64,000 nucleotides of DNA from a bacterium (GCA_030650415.1 JAUSEG010000025.1:11916-75915), one strand, 5' to 3'; counted from the stretch's first letter, positions 36,031-45,909 are shown. The notes: generated by a model not told the origin, from the letters alone. Translations and numbers: made by a program.

Positions 36031-36894
36031 ATGCGGATTGATTTGCAACTTCACTCAACTTATTCAGACGGCTACTTAAGCCCGACCGAACTGGCTGATT
36101 TTTTATTAAAAAATCAGGTAAAAATCGCCTCTTTAACCGATCATAACACCGTCGGCGGCTTGGAAGAATTTCAACTAGCCTGCCAAAAAAAGCATATCAA
36201 GGCGATCATCGGCATTGAAATTTATGTAAAGTTAAACCATAAAAAATTTAATTTACTTTGGTATAATTTCGACGATAAAAATCCCGATCTCCATAAATTT
36301 CTACGCCTAAGCCAAGCCAGGCGGCGCAATCAAATAAGACGGGCGCTTCTAAAACTAAAGAGTTTGGGTTTAATAATCAATGAAAACAAAATTTTAGATA
36401 AGTATAATCACTATATTTCATTAAACCGTATTATGAGTGATGTCCGACAGATCGCCAATAATCGAAAGACTATTGCCGAACGGCTCGGCGTTAAGAGTCC
36501 ATCGGAAGATGAAATAATTAAACATTTTTTTAAAAATCGAGAGATTAATAAATTGGAAGAATGTTATATTAATTTCAGTCATATTATAGCTCTAAAGAAA
36601 AAAATTGGCGGCCAAATTATTTTAAATCATCCGGGAAAATCCAGCAGAATTAACGAAAGCTTTATCGTCCAACTCAAAAAATTGGGACTTGACGGCATTG
36701 AAGTAGTTTCGCCTCATCATAGCATCCATAACGTTATGCTCCTGCAGCGCCTGGCCAAAAAATATAAACTAATTATGACCGGCGGCTCGGATTATCACCT
36801 TAACGAAGGCGGAAACGCAACCATCCAAAACGTTTATGCATATTTTAAAATTGAACCAAAATACTTAACCGGCATAAATAAGATAATTGGCTAA
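36031..36894 (+). CDS. PHP-domain metal-dependent phosphoesterase
   Basis: MRIDLQLHSTYSDG start, TDHNT, and C-terminal GGSDYH. The track ORF extends 35 codons upstream into the kinase gene. Confidence 0.75.
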   Translation: MRIDLQLHSTYSDGYLSPTELADFLLKNQVKIASLTDHNTVGGLEEFQLACQKKHIKAIIGIEIYVKLNHKKFNLLWYNFDDKNPDLHKFLRLSQARRRNQIRRALLKLKSLGLIINENKILDKYNHYISLNRIMSDVRQIANNRKTIAERLGVKSPSEDEIIKHFFKNREINKLEECYINFSHIIALKKKIGGQIILNHPGKSSRINESFIVQLKKLGLDGIEVVSPHHSIHNVMLLQRLAKKYKLIMTGGSDYHLNEGGNATIQNVYAYFKIEPKYLTGINKIIG

Positions 36895-36899
36895 TCCCC

Positions 36900-37490
36900 A
36901 TGGCTGTTAATACTAAAATTTACGACAAACAATTTTTTAATAACACTATTGAGCTTGAAAGCCAATCTGCTCAAGCGATGGTGAAAACATTAATTAAGCA
37001 TTTCAAGCCGAAATCAGTGGTTGATATTGGTTGCGGTGCTGGTATTTATTTAGCCGAATTTAAAAAGTTTAATATTAAAATACTGGGCTTTGACGGCTCG
37101 CCGGCGGCCATCATCGCCTCCCCGGTTGGTAATATGATCAAATTACATGATTTATGCCAACCACTTAAGTTAAATTGTCAATTTGATTTATGTCTATGCC
37201 TCGAAGTGGCCGAACATTTAGAAAAAACTTGCGCTGACATCCTGGTCGACACTTTAATAGGCCTTTCCAAAACCATGGTCTTTACTGCCGCCACGCCCGG
37301 CCAAGGACCGATAAGTATCGGGCATGTTAATGAACAACCGCCTGAATATTGGCTAAAATTATTCAAACGAAGAAATTTTTTAATTAATAAAATCTTAACG
37401 GAGAAAATTAAGCGAGAAATGATTGATCAAAACGTGATTTGGTGGCTGACTAAAAATTTAATGATATTTAAAAAACATTCACCCCGTTAG
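36900..37490 (+). CDS. Class I SAM-dependent methyltransferase
   Basis: Motif I VVDIGCGAGIY. The last codons overlap the 5' arm of a palindromic element. Confidence 0.7.
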   Translation: MAVNTKIYDKQFFNNTIELESQSAQAMVKTLIKHFKPKSVVDIGCGAGIYLAEFKKFNIKILGFDGSPAAIIASPVGNMIKLHDLCQPLKLNCQFDLCLCLEVAEHLEKTCADILVDTLIGLSKTMVFTAATPGQGPISIGHVNEQPPEYWLKLFKRRNFLINKILTEKIKREMIDQNVIWWLTKNLMIFKKHSPR

Positions 37491-37592
37491 ATATTTATTA
37501 TAATTATATTGGTTGTTCTATTAAAGCCCTATTAATTATAAAGACCGACGGGACATAAAAATATGAAAATAAATAAATCTAACGGGGTAAAA
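37478..37592 (+). repeat. Family D palindromic element spanning the methyltransferase stop and the glgA-2 start
   Basis: TTCACCCCGTTAGATATTTATT ... AATAAATAAATCTAACGGGGTAAA. The ATG at 37563 lies inside the element. Confidence 0.85.
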
Positions 37593-38987
37593 AATAATCT
37601 ACTAAAAATCTTAATCGCCGCCGCCGAAGTTACGCCAATCGCTAAAGTCGGCGGCTTGGGCGATGTTATCGGCGCGCTGCCCAAGGCTTTAAGTAAGCTT
37701 AATTTAGACGCGCGAGTGATTATTCCTTTTTACGGGGCCATCGATAGAAATAAATATAAAATAAAATTAATTAAACAAAAAATAGGAGTCGGCGAAGCAT
37801 TAATTAACCTTTGGCAAACCAATTTGCCGAATTCAACCGTACCGGTCTATTTAATTGAGCATAATTTTTTTAAAGGCCGGGAAATTTACTCTAACGCTCT
37901 GGCCGATGACCCTAAGGATACGAAAAAATATCTATTCCTCGCCCACGCGATTTTAGAAAGCCTTAAAGCCCTTAATTTTAAGCCAAACGTAATTCATTTA
38001 AACGACTGGCATACAGCGGCCGTTCCCCTGCTTCTTAAAACCGACCGTCAAAATAACGAATTTTTTAAACAAACAAAGACTCTATATACTATCCATAATC
38101 TAGCTAATCAGGGACCGGCTGGCCAGAAAACCCCAGTCAAATCCGGTGAAACCGGAGCAAAGCTATTTGACGGGGTAAATTACATGGCCGAGGGTATTAT
38201 AAATTCCGGCATAGTTAGCACAGTCAGCCCAACCTACGCTAAAGAAATTTTGACTAAAAAATACGGTGCCAGGCTAGAAAATATTTTATTGAAAAGAAAA
38301 AACCAACTTTATGGCATACTAAACGGCATTGATACGGATTTTTTTAATCCGGCCGCGGATAAACTTATTAAAAAAAACTATTCGCTTGAAACCATTGAAA
38401 ATAAATTGAATAATAAGCTATCTTTACAGAAGAAAATGGGCTGGCCGGAAGATAAAGACATCGCGCTCGTCGGCTTAGTTACTCGCTTTGTCTGGCAAAA
38501 AGGCATTGAATTAATTACAGAAAAATTTTCAGAATTAAATTGCCAGTTTGTATTCTTAGGCACGGGAGAAAAACGCTATGAAGAGGCCTTGCTTAATTTA
38601 GCTAAAAAATACCCGGGTAAATTTAAAGTTTTAATAAAATTTGACGAAAAGTTGGCGCACGAAATTTATGCCGGCTCGGATATTTTTCTGGTTCCATCTC
38701 GTTTTGAACCTTGCGGACTGACGCAGATGATTGCCATGCGCTACGGCTCGGTGCCAATCGCGCGCGCCACCGGCGGACTTAAAGACACGGTCAACGCTAA
38801 AGTTGGTTTTATTTTTAAACAATTTGCTGCAACTAAATTTTATGATACTCTGCAAAAAGCTTTAAATATTTATTATAACCGGCCGAAAGCTTGGAACCAA
38901 CTTAAAAAAAATGGCATGAGGCAAGATTTCTCCTGGAATAAATCAGCCAAAGAATATTTAAAACTCTATAAAAAATTAATAAAATAA
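37563..38987 (+). CDS. glgA: Glycogen/starch synthase (GT5) copy 2
   Basis: AAEVTPIAKVGGLGDV and EPCGLTQMIAMRYG. The first 12 codons (MKINKSNGVKNN) are encoded by a palindromic element. Confidence 0.88.
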   Translation: MKINKSNGVKNNLLKILIAAAEVTPIAKVGGLGDVIGALPKALSKLNLDARVIIPFYGAIDRNKYKIKLIKQKIGVGEALINLWQTNLPNSTVPVYLIEHNFFKGREIYSNALADDPKDTKKYLFLAHAILESLKALNFKPNVIHLNDWHTAAVPLLLKTDRQNNEFFKQTKTLYTIHNLANQGPAGQKTPVKSGETGAKLFDGVNYMAEGIINSGIVSTVSPTYAKEILTKKYGARLENILLKRKNQLYGILNGIDTDFFNPAADKLIKKNYSLETIENKLNNKLSLQKKMGWPEDKDIALVGLVTRFVWQKGIELITEKFSELNCQFVFLGTGEKRYEEALLNLAKKYPGKFKVLIKFDEKLAHEIYAGSDIFLVPSRFEPCGLTQMIAMRYGSVPIARATGGLKDTVNAKVGFIFKQFAATKFYDTLQKALNIYYNRPKAWNQLKKNGMRQDFSWNKSAKEYLKLYKKLIK

Positions 38988-39213
38988 AAAGATAATTTTT
39001 TTATCCACATTGACAAAATGCAAAATTTTTGCTAGAATTATATTAGATAATAAAAAACTATATTATCTAAAAAATCCCGCCTTCTCCGCCAGCCGGCGGA
39101 TTTGGCGGACAAGTAAAAACAAAAATAAAATGCTATCAACAAAAAATCAGGCCAATTGCTTTAATTTAGAGCAAACTGGCTGGAAATATTACAATTCGAT
39201 AAAAAAGAAAGCA

Positions 39214-39369
39214 ATGGAACAGGAGTTCAGCTGGTCTGGACTCTTAATTAGCCTGTCCATTGCTTTTTTTATTGTCATAATCAGCGCCTCGGCTTTAAGT
39301 TTTATCAATCATTCAGTCATCGCAGGCCAAAATAATCAAGCCTTCTCCAAAACCGTCGCTTATCAATAA
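39214..39369 (+). CDS. Small single-TM protein (start uncertain)
   Basis: MEQEFSWSGLLISLSIAFFIVIISASAL has one clear TM helix. The longer track ORF (from 39010) runs through a GC hairpin repeat and is doubtful. Confidence 0.35.
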   Translation: MEQEFSWSGLLISLSIAFFIVIISASALSFINHSVIAGQNNQAFSKTVAYQ

Positions 39370-39820
39370 TAAAATATAAATTTATATATATGCGGCTATA
39401 AATGCTGCTAAAACGCACCTTAACAATCAAACAAAAAAAATAAAAAACATATGTCATAAAAACACATGAAGAAGCTGTGTTGATCAGAAACAGATAAAAT
39501 CAATAACAAAAAGACACAATTGAAAAAATTGCCTAATTAACACAGCTCCCCTTCCTGCTTTATCATCAAAGACTGTCTCAGGCAGCCAAAATCTTGGTAA
39601 GGCAAGCATGGGGAACGCAAAAACATCGCTGGACTCAAACAAGCGGTGTTTTTGTTTTAGCAAAAAATGTTGTATAATATATAAAGTTAATTTCCAATTT
39701 CTAATTTTCAATTTTCAATGAATTTTCAATGTATTAATGAAATTATTATTTGAAAATTTAAACATTAAATCATTGGAAATTGTTTAAAAATTAAAAATTG
39801 GAAATTAAAAATTTTATTTT

Positions 39821-42484
39821 ATGTATCTAGAAAAACTGGAAATCCAAGGCTTTAAATCTTTTGCCAATAAAAATACCTTAATTTTCCCGGGTATGCTGGG
39901 CCGCGATCAAAGAGGTATTACTTCAATCGTCGGCCCAAACGGCTCCGGTAAATCCAATATCGCGGACGCGGTGCGCTGGGCTTTGGGCGAGCAAAGTATG
40001 AAGACCTTAAGGGGCAAAAAAAGCGAAGATATTATTTTTTCCGGCTCGGATAAAAAAGGCGGTTCAAGCATGGCCGAAGTTTCGCTTTATTTAAACAACG
40101 AAGACCACCAAGTAAAAATTGATTATTCGCAAGTGGTTTTAACCCGCCGGCTCTATCGCGACGGCGAAAGCGAGTATCTAATAAACCAGGCTCGGGTGCG
40201 CTTAAGCGACGTGCAAATCATGCTGGCCAAATCAAATTTCGGCCAAAAAACCTATAGCGTTATCGGCCAGGGCATGGTCGAGGGTTTTTTAAATACCACC
40301 CTATCCGAAAGGAAAGAATTTTTTGATGAAGCCACCGGCGTTAAGCAATTTCAAATTAAGCGAGACGATTCACTCAATAAGTTAATTCATAGCTATGAGA
40401 ACCTTAATCAGGTTTCGATGCTCTTATCGGAAATCGAACCAAGATTAAAAAGTTTAACCAGGCAGGTAAGCAAGCTTAAAAAACGCGACGAAATAGAAAC
40501 TGAGCTAAAAAATCTGCAAGTAAAATACTATAGCCGGCTTTGGCATGAAATTAATGGAAAATTTAAAGAGTTCAACAAAAAATTTCTGGAGATGGAAAAA
40601 ATTAAACAGGAAAAGGAGAAAAAAAGCGCTCAACTTAATCGAGAGTTAAGCCAGCTTGAGAAACAAAATTTAAATAACAACGAGTTTAACGCTTGGCAGA
40701 AAGAACTAAACGAGCTACAGGGCCAAAAAGAAATTTTTACTAAGCAGCTGGCTAAATTAGAGGCCGAGTTGGAAATAAAATTAGAGGCCAGCGGCAAGTT
40801 TGACCTATCCTGGCTAAGCAACAAAAACAGTGAAATTAAAATTGAACTTAAAAATACCATTGAAGAGGCTCTGGGGCTAGAAAAAAATATTGAGCAGGAA
40901 AAGAAAATTTTAGTTGATTTGGAAAAAGAAAAAAACCAAATAAACTCAAAAATAAATGAGCTTAATAATGAAATGCTTAAAAGTAATGCCGATTCGAGCG
41001 ATCAGGGCTCAAGTAGAATAAATCAAGAGCTGAAAGATCTAAACAATTTTTTAATTGAATCGAAAAATACGGATGATTTAGCTAATATTAAATTAATAAT
41101 GGCAAGGGTTAGCCAAAAAATAAAACATCTCTTAGAGCTTTCTACCGTTGCTATAGAACGAGAAAACCTAAAACAGGCGCAAAAAAATTTAATGGCATTA
41201 ATGCATGAAAAAGAAGTTATCATGGTAAGAATAAATGAGAGCAACTTTCGCGTTTCCGCGCGCACGGAAAGAGTTAAAATTATTAAAGAAAGAAACATTC
41301 GGCTGGAAAAAGAGTCAAAAGACATAGAAAATAAATTAAAACCTGGCCTAAAAACAGTCAACCTGGAAGATAATAAAACCAATCAAGCGAACATAAAAAA
41401 TAGTTTAACTGAACTTGATTTAAAAATAGATAATCTAAAAGAGAAACTAAATTCATTTAATGCCAAAGAAAACGAGCAGAGAACCAAGCTTTTTTCTCTG
41501 CAAAAAAATCTGCAAGACCTGCAAATTAAAATTAATGAATTGAATAACCAGCTTAACGAACTAAAAGTCAATTCTGCCAGATACGAAACCAGGCTGGAAG
41601 ATTTGGAAGTTGAAATCAGAAATAATTACGGTAATTTAAAAGACATCATGGACAAAACAACCGAAGGGGAGCTTAATGTTGAAATGGCTCTAGAAAAAAT
41701 AAATTCACTAAAACGGCAGATCGATCAAATCGGCGGCATCGACCCGGAAATAGAAAAAGAATATGTCCAGACCAAAGAACGCTTCGATTATTTAGACTCC
41801 CAAACTAACGATCTAAATAGCGCCATCTCTTCACTCGAAGAAATTATTAAAGAGCTGGACGCTATTATAAAAGTACGGTTTGATAAAGAATTTAAAAATA
41901 TTTCCGCTAAATTCGAAGAATATTTTAAAATATTATTTAACGGCGGCCAAGCTAAAATAGTTAAAGTAACCGCCGAAGACTTGCTTGATAATAAAGAAGA
42001 CAACGGCAAAAATGAAGAAAAAAAGAAAGTCGTTGAGCCAACTGCCGAAAATCAAACGATTGAAGATAAATGCGCGAATAATTTAAAAAGAATTAAGCAT
42101 CTGCAAAAATATAACGCCACCGGCTTAGCCGGCATTGAAATATTGGCCACGCCTCCAGGCAAAAAAATTAAATCCATCGCCATGCTCTCTGGCGGCGAGA
42201 GAGCTTTAACCGCCATCGGCTTAATTTGCGCGATTATTAGCTGCAATCCATCGCCATTCGTGGTTTTAGACGAAGTGGACGCTTCTTTAGATGAAGCCAA
42301 TTCTGAACGTCTGGCAAAAATTTTAGATGATCTATCCCACAAAACTCAATTCATCGTGGTTACCCATAATCGCGCTTCGATGCGCCGCGCCAACATAATC
42401 TACGGTGTTACCATGGAAGAAAGCGGGGTCTCGAAATTATTAAGTATAAAGCTGGACGAAGCCAAGGCGGTGGTAAAAAATTGA
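39821..42484 (+). CDS. smc: Chromosome segregation protein SMC
   Basis: Walker A GPNGSGKSNI, a long coiled coil, signature LSGGE, and Walker B FVVLDEVDASLD. Confidence 0.92.
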   Translation: MYLEKLEIQGFKSFANKNTLIFPGMLGRDQRGITSIVGPNGSGKSNIADAVRWALGEQSMKTLRGKKSEDIIFSGSDKKGGSSMAEVSLYLNNEDHQVKIDYSQVVLTRRLYRDGESEYLINQARVRLSDVQIMLAKSNFGQKTYSVIGQGMVEGFLNTTLSERKEFFDEATGVKQFQIKRDDSLNKLIHSYENLNQVSMLLSEIEPRLKSLTRQVSKLKKRDEIETELKNLQVKYYSRLWHEINGKFKEFNKKFLEMEKIKQEKEKKSAQLNRELSQLEKQNLNNNEFNAWQKELNELQGQKEIFTKQLAKLEAELEIKLEASGKFDLSWLSNKNSEIKIELKNTIEEALGLEKNIEQEKKILVDLEKEKNQINSKINELNNEMLKSNADSSDQGSSRINQELKDLNNFLIESKNTDDLANIKLIMARVSQKIKHLLELSTVAIERENLKQAQKNLMALMHEKEVIMVRINESNFRVSARTERVKIIKERNIRLEKESKDIENKLKPGLKTVNLEDNKTNQANIKNSLTELDLKIDNLKEKLNSFNAKENEQRTKLFSLQKNLQDLQIKINELNNQLNELKVNSARYETRLEDLEVEIRNNYGNLKDIMDKTTEGELNVEMALEKINSLKRQIDQIGGIDPEIEKEYVQTKERFDYLDSQTNDLNSAISSLEEIIKELDAIIKVRFDKEFKNISAKFEEYFKILFNGGQAKIVKVTAEDLLDNKEDNGKNEEKKKVVEPTAENQTIEDKCANNLKRIKHLQKYNATGLAGIEILATPPGKKIKSIAMLSGGERALTAIGLICAIISCNPSPFVVLDEVDASLDEANSERLAKILDDLSHKTQFIVVTHNRASMRRANIIYGVTMEESGVSKLLSIKLDEAKAVVKN

Positions 42485-42596
42485 TTTGTGCTCGCCATTC
42501 CCACGTAAACGTAAATTCAAATTCCATTACTAAATAAATATTCTTAATATAAAAGAACGCACACAGTTTAAAAGCTATGTGCGTTTGTTGTTTGTT

Positions 42597-43343
42597 TTAG
42601 AAACGGTAAGTTAATCCGCTCATTACCATCGCGCCGGTTGCCCGACGCGTAAGAGGTACATAATAGTTAACTGAAACCGCATTAAACGTAAAGTGTTTGT
42701 TGATGTTCCAATTTATTCCGGCATTACCTCGGAGCATAAAACCAGCGAGCGTTCCCAACGTACCGGTATCATAAACTCCGGCGAATGACGCGTTAAGAGA
42801 CACTTTATCTCCGTAAAAAGATTGAGTTCTGCTAACTCCGAGACTAACGAGATGACCGCCTTGAAACCCGCTGCCGGGCATAGTGGTATAACTCTGATAC
42901 CCCGCCGTAACCGAGAGCCACTTAAACTCTTTGCCCAGTCGTAACTCCGTGTAGAAAATGTCACCGGCACCAAGGGTAAACGCCTTTGGCTCGTTGTAGT
43001 ACGCGAATCCGATATGCGCCGTCAGACCTTTTACGGTGCCATCCCAGCCCAAGCCATAATCAACCTCATTCCCGAGACTCCCGTCGTCCCATTTGCCTTG
43101 AAGACTTCGGGAATTCCATAGATCAAGGTACAGGCCATTCTTAAAAGTTACCAATAGGTCGGTTTGTATGACCGGCCGATTGTGGAGTGTGTCGCCGGTG
43201 CCAGGCTGAAGATACTTATTGGCCACGAGTGAACTTAAAGTGATGCTAGGCCACTTGTTAGTTTTATCCTCCGCATGGACTCGGATAACCACAACCAGAA
43301 AAAAGACTGCGATGACGACCGATGTTTTTAGTGTTCGTTTCAT
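42597..43343 (-). CDS. Putative outer-membrane beta-barrel protein (TorF/Gcw_chp-like) (GC-rich island)
   Basis: Signal peptide ending VHA. The protein has an alternating amphipathic pattern rich in G/Y/W/N and a C-terminal ...GLTYRF (terminal Phe). Promoter TTGACA-17-TATAAT lies at ~43421-43449 on the minus strand. Confidence 0.55.
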   Translation of the reverse strand: MKRTLKTSVVIAVFFLVVVIRVHAEDKTNKWPSITLSSLVANKYLQPGTGDTLHNRPVIQTDLLVTFKNGLYLDLWNSRSLQGKWDDGSLGNEVDYGLGWDGTVKGLTAHIGFAYYNEPKAFTLGAGDIFYTELRLGKEFKWLSVTAGYQSYTTMPGSGFQGGHLVSLGVSRTQSFYGDKVSLNASFAGVYDTGTLGTLAGFMLRGNAGINWNINKHFTFNAVSVNYYVPLTRRATGAMVMSGLTYRF

Positions 43344-43592
43344 AATTTGTAATGTGCGTTTAGCTTCCCTTTATGAGAAACCAGCTAAAATGATGGTTAT
43401 TCATTTTAACCCCTTATTATAGTACTAATTTACAATATTGTCAATAATAATATCTAATTATTAGACTAATTTTATTTTAACATAAGCAAAAATTAATTTT
43501 TGTTGTCAGAATTATTGACAATATACTTTAAAAATAATATAATAAAAATAACTTTCACTCCCTACTGTCTTTGCTAAAAAATCACAAAAAAT

Positions 43593-44315
43593 ATGGAACT
43601 GAAAAAAGTATTAGAAAATTTCGGACTAACCGAAAAACAGGCTAAGGTTTATTTGGCTCTACTTCAACTCGGCATGTCTAGTGTCACAAATATAGCGGAA
43701 AAGGCTGACACTAAACGACCCACTACTTATTTAATTTTGGAAGAGTTAAAAACCATGGGACTAGCATCAAAACTGTCACGTAAAGATAATCTCGTCTATA
43801 TCCCTGAATCGCCGGAAAAAATTTTGGAAGAGCAAACTCAAAAACAGGCCATGATAAAAAATAAACTGACAGAGCTGTTAGCTTTATACAACACTAAACT
43901 GGAAAAACCCAAGGTTAAATTTTTTCAAGGCGAAAAAGCGGTGAGAGAATTATACGATGTGATTTTAAAAGAGAAAAAAATTGATTTGTACGGTTCAATC
44001 AGTTCCATCGAAAAAAAATTACCCGGTCTAGCCGTGGCCTTCGCCGATTTAATCAAAAAAAAGGAAATTACGGCGCGAGAAATTTTACAAACCGATGAAA
44101 AATCAATCGCTTACGCCAAACGCAACTTGTCGCCTAATCATCAAATAAAAATTATCAATAAACAGAATCTTTTTCCTACTGATAATATTATCTATGGCAA
44201 CAAAATCGCAATTTTTTCCTATAAAGCCGAACCTTCGGCCGTGGTGATTGAAGACGATGACGTTGCCACCACCTATAAATCAATGTTTGAGATTGTTTGG
44301 AACAGCATAAAATAA
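43593..44315 (+). CDS. TrmB-family transcriptional regulator
   Basis: N-terminal wHTH LTEKQAKVYLALLQLGMSSVTNIAEKADTKRPTTYLILEELKTMGL. Confidence 0.75.
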   Translation: MELKKVLENFGLTEKQAKVYLALLQLGMSSVTNIAEKADTKRPTTYLILEELKTMGLASKLSRKDNLVYIPESPEKILEEQTQKQAMIKNKLTELLALYNTKLEKPKVKFFQGEKAVRELYDVILKEKKIDLYGSISSIEKKLPGLAVAFADLIKKKEITAREILQTDEKSIAYAKRNLSPNHQIKIINKQNLFPTDNIIYGNKIAIFSYKAEPSAVVIEDDDVATTYKSMFEIVWNSIK

Positions 44316-44391
44316 TTCAATAATTTTTTAATCCCCGCATGCCTGGGGACAATAAAAAGAGAGGGGTCGCTCGCGAGCGACATTATAATTT

Positions 44392-45909
44392 ATGTCTTCA
44401 AAAATTCTCTCCGCCGCCGTGGTCGGCTTGGACGCCGAGCTGGTTGAAGTTGAAGCGGATATTTTAAACGCTCCTTTAGGCGCTTTTATTATCGTCGGCC
44501 TACCGGATACGGCCGTTTCGGAGTCGCGCGAACGAGTCAGAAGCGCCATAAAAAATTCCGACTTTAATTTTCCTAAAAGGAAAGTCACGGTAAATTTAGC
44601 GCCGGCCGATTTAAGAAAGCAGGGGCCGAGCTACGACCTGCCGATCGCCATCAGTATTCTAGCTACCACCAAAAAAATCAATCGCGCCGATTTTAATAAT
44701 CTATTATTCGTCGGCGAATTGGCTTTAAACGGGGAGCTTCGGCCGGTTAACGGACTCTTGTCGATCGCCATTAAAGCTAAAAATAGCGGCATAACGACAA
44801 TCTTTGTGCCGGCCGCTAACGCGGCCGAAGCCAAATTAGTCAAAGATATTGAGGTTATCCCCGTAAATGATTTGCGAGAGTTGGTTAATCATCTAGAGGG
44901 TAAAAAAATAATCCCGGGCGCGCCCGAGGTTAATTTTAATTTTTCCAATATTAAAATCGATTTTGACATGGCGCATATTAAAGGCCAGGAGCATGTTAAG
45001 CGCGCTATGGAGATTTCCGCCGCCGGCGCGCATAATATGCTGATGAGCGGCCCGCCCGGATCGGGAAAAACTTTGATCGCGCGCACCCTGCCATCAATTT
45101 TACCTAATTTATCTTTAAAAGAAGCTTTAGAAATAACTAAAATTTACAGCGTAGCCGGAGAACTGCCTGATCAAACCCCGCTAATGACTTCTCGGCCCTT
45201 TAGATCGCCCCATCACACCGCTTCCGGGGCGGCCTTAGTCGGCGGCGGAGCTTGGCCGCGGCCCGGAGAAATTTCTTTAGCTCATCGCGGCGTGCTATTT
45301 TTGGACGAATTCGCGGAATTCACCCGCACGGTACTCGAAAATTTAAGACAACCCTTAGAAGACGGAGTAATCCATGTCAGCCGCGCCGCCTCAAACTTAA
45401 GTTTTCCGGCTAAATTCGTTCTTATCGCGGCTACCAACCCCTGCCCCTGCGGTTATTTCGGCGATCGGGAAAAACCTTGCGTTTGCTCAAGCTCGCAAAT
45501 CATTAATTATAAAAAGAGAATTTCCGGACCGATTTTAGACCGAATTGATTTGCATATCGAAGTACCGAGATTAAAATTTGATAAATTAACGTCGGCTATC
45601 GGCGGCGAAAGTTCGGCAAATATAAAAATCCGGGTGCAAAACGCCAGAGTCAAGCAAACCAAACGTTTTGAAAATACCAATTTTATAACTAATTCGGAAA
45701 TGTCGTCCGAAGCGGTTAAACGTTTCTGCCAGGTCGATAATCTTTCGACCAATTTACTCCATCGCGCCGTTGACCAAATGCATTTGTCGGCTCGAGCTTA
45801 CTTTCGCGTGCTTAAACTCGCTCGCACTATAGCCGATCTGGCGGATGAAGAAAAAATTCTTACCGCGCACATAGCCGAAGCCCTGCAATACCGGCCAAGA
45901 ACCGAATAG
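44392..45909 (+). CDS. YifB/ComM family Mg-chelatase-like AAA+ ATPase
   Basis: Lon-like N-terminal domain, Walker A GPPGSGKT, Walker B VLFLDEF, and a zinc-ribbon-like CPCGYFGDREKPCVC. Confidence 0.88.
   Translation: MSSKILSAAVVGLDAELVEVEADILNAPLGAFIIVGLPDTAVSESRERVRSAIKNSDFNFPKRKVTVNLAPADLRKQGPSYDLPIAISILATTKKINRADFNNLLFVGELALNGELRPVNGLLSIAIKAKNSGITTIFVPAANAAEAKLVKDIEVIPVNDLRELVNHLEGKKIIPGAPEVNFNFSNIKIDFDMAHIKGQEHVKRAMEISAAGAHNMLMSGPPGSGKTLIARTLPSILPNLSLKEALEITKIYSVAGELPDQTPLMTSRPFRSPHHTASGAALVGGGAWPRPGEISLAHRGVLFLDEFAEFTRTVLENLRQPLEDGVIHVSRAASNLSFPAKFVLIAATNPCPCGYFGDREKPCVCSSSQIINYKKRISGPILDRIDLHIEVPRLKFDKLTSAIGGESSANIKIRVQNARVKQTKRFENTNFITNSEMSSEAVKRFCQVDNLSTNLLHRAVDQMHLSARAYFRVLKLARTIADLADEEKILTAHIAEALQYRPRTE

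Noticed and set aside
39541-39657. SRP (4.5S) RNA
   Set aside because: AGCAGGAAGG and GGCAGCCAAAA superficially recall the domain IV consensus. However, no GNRA tetraloop closed by the conserved symmetric and asymmetric loops can be drawn on either strand.
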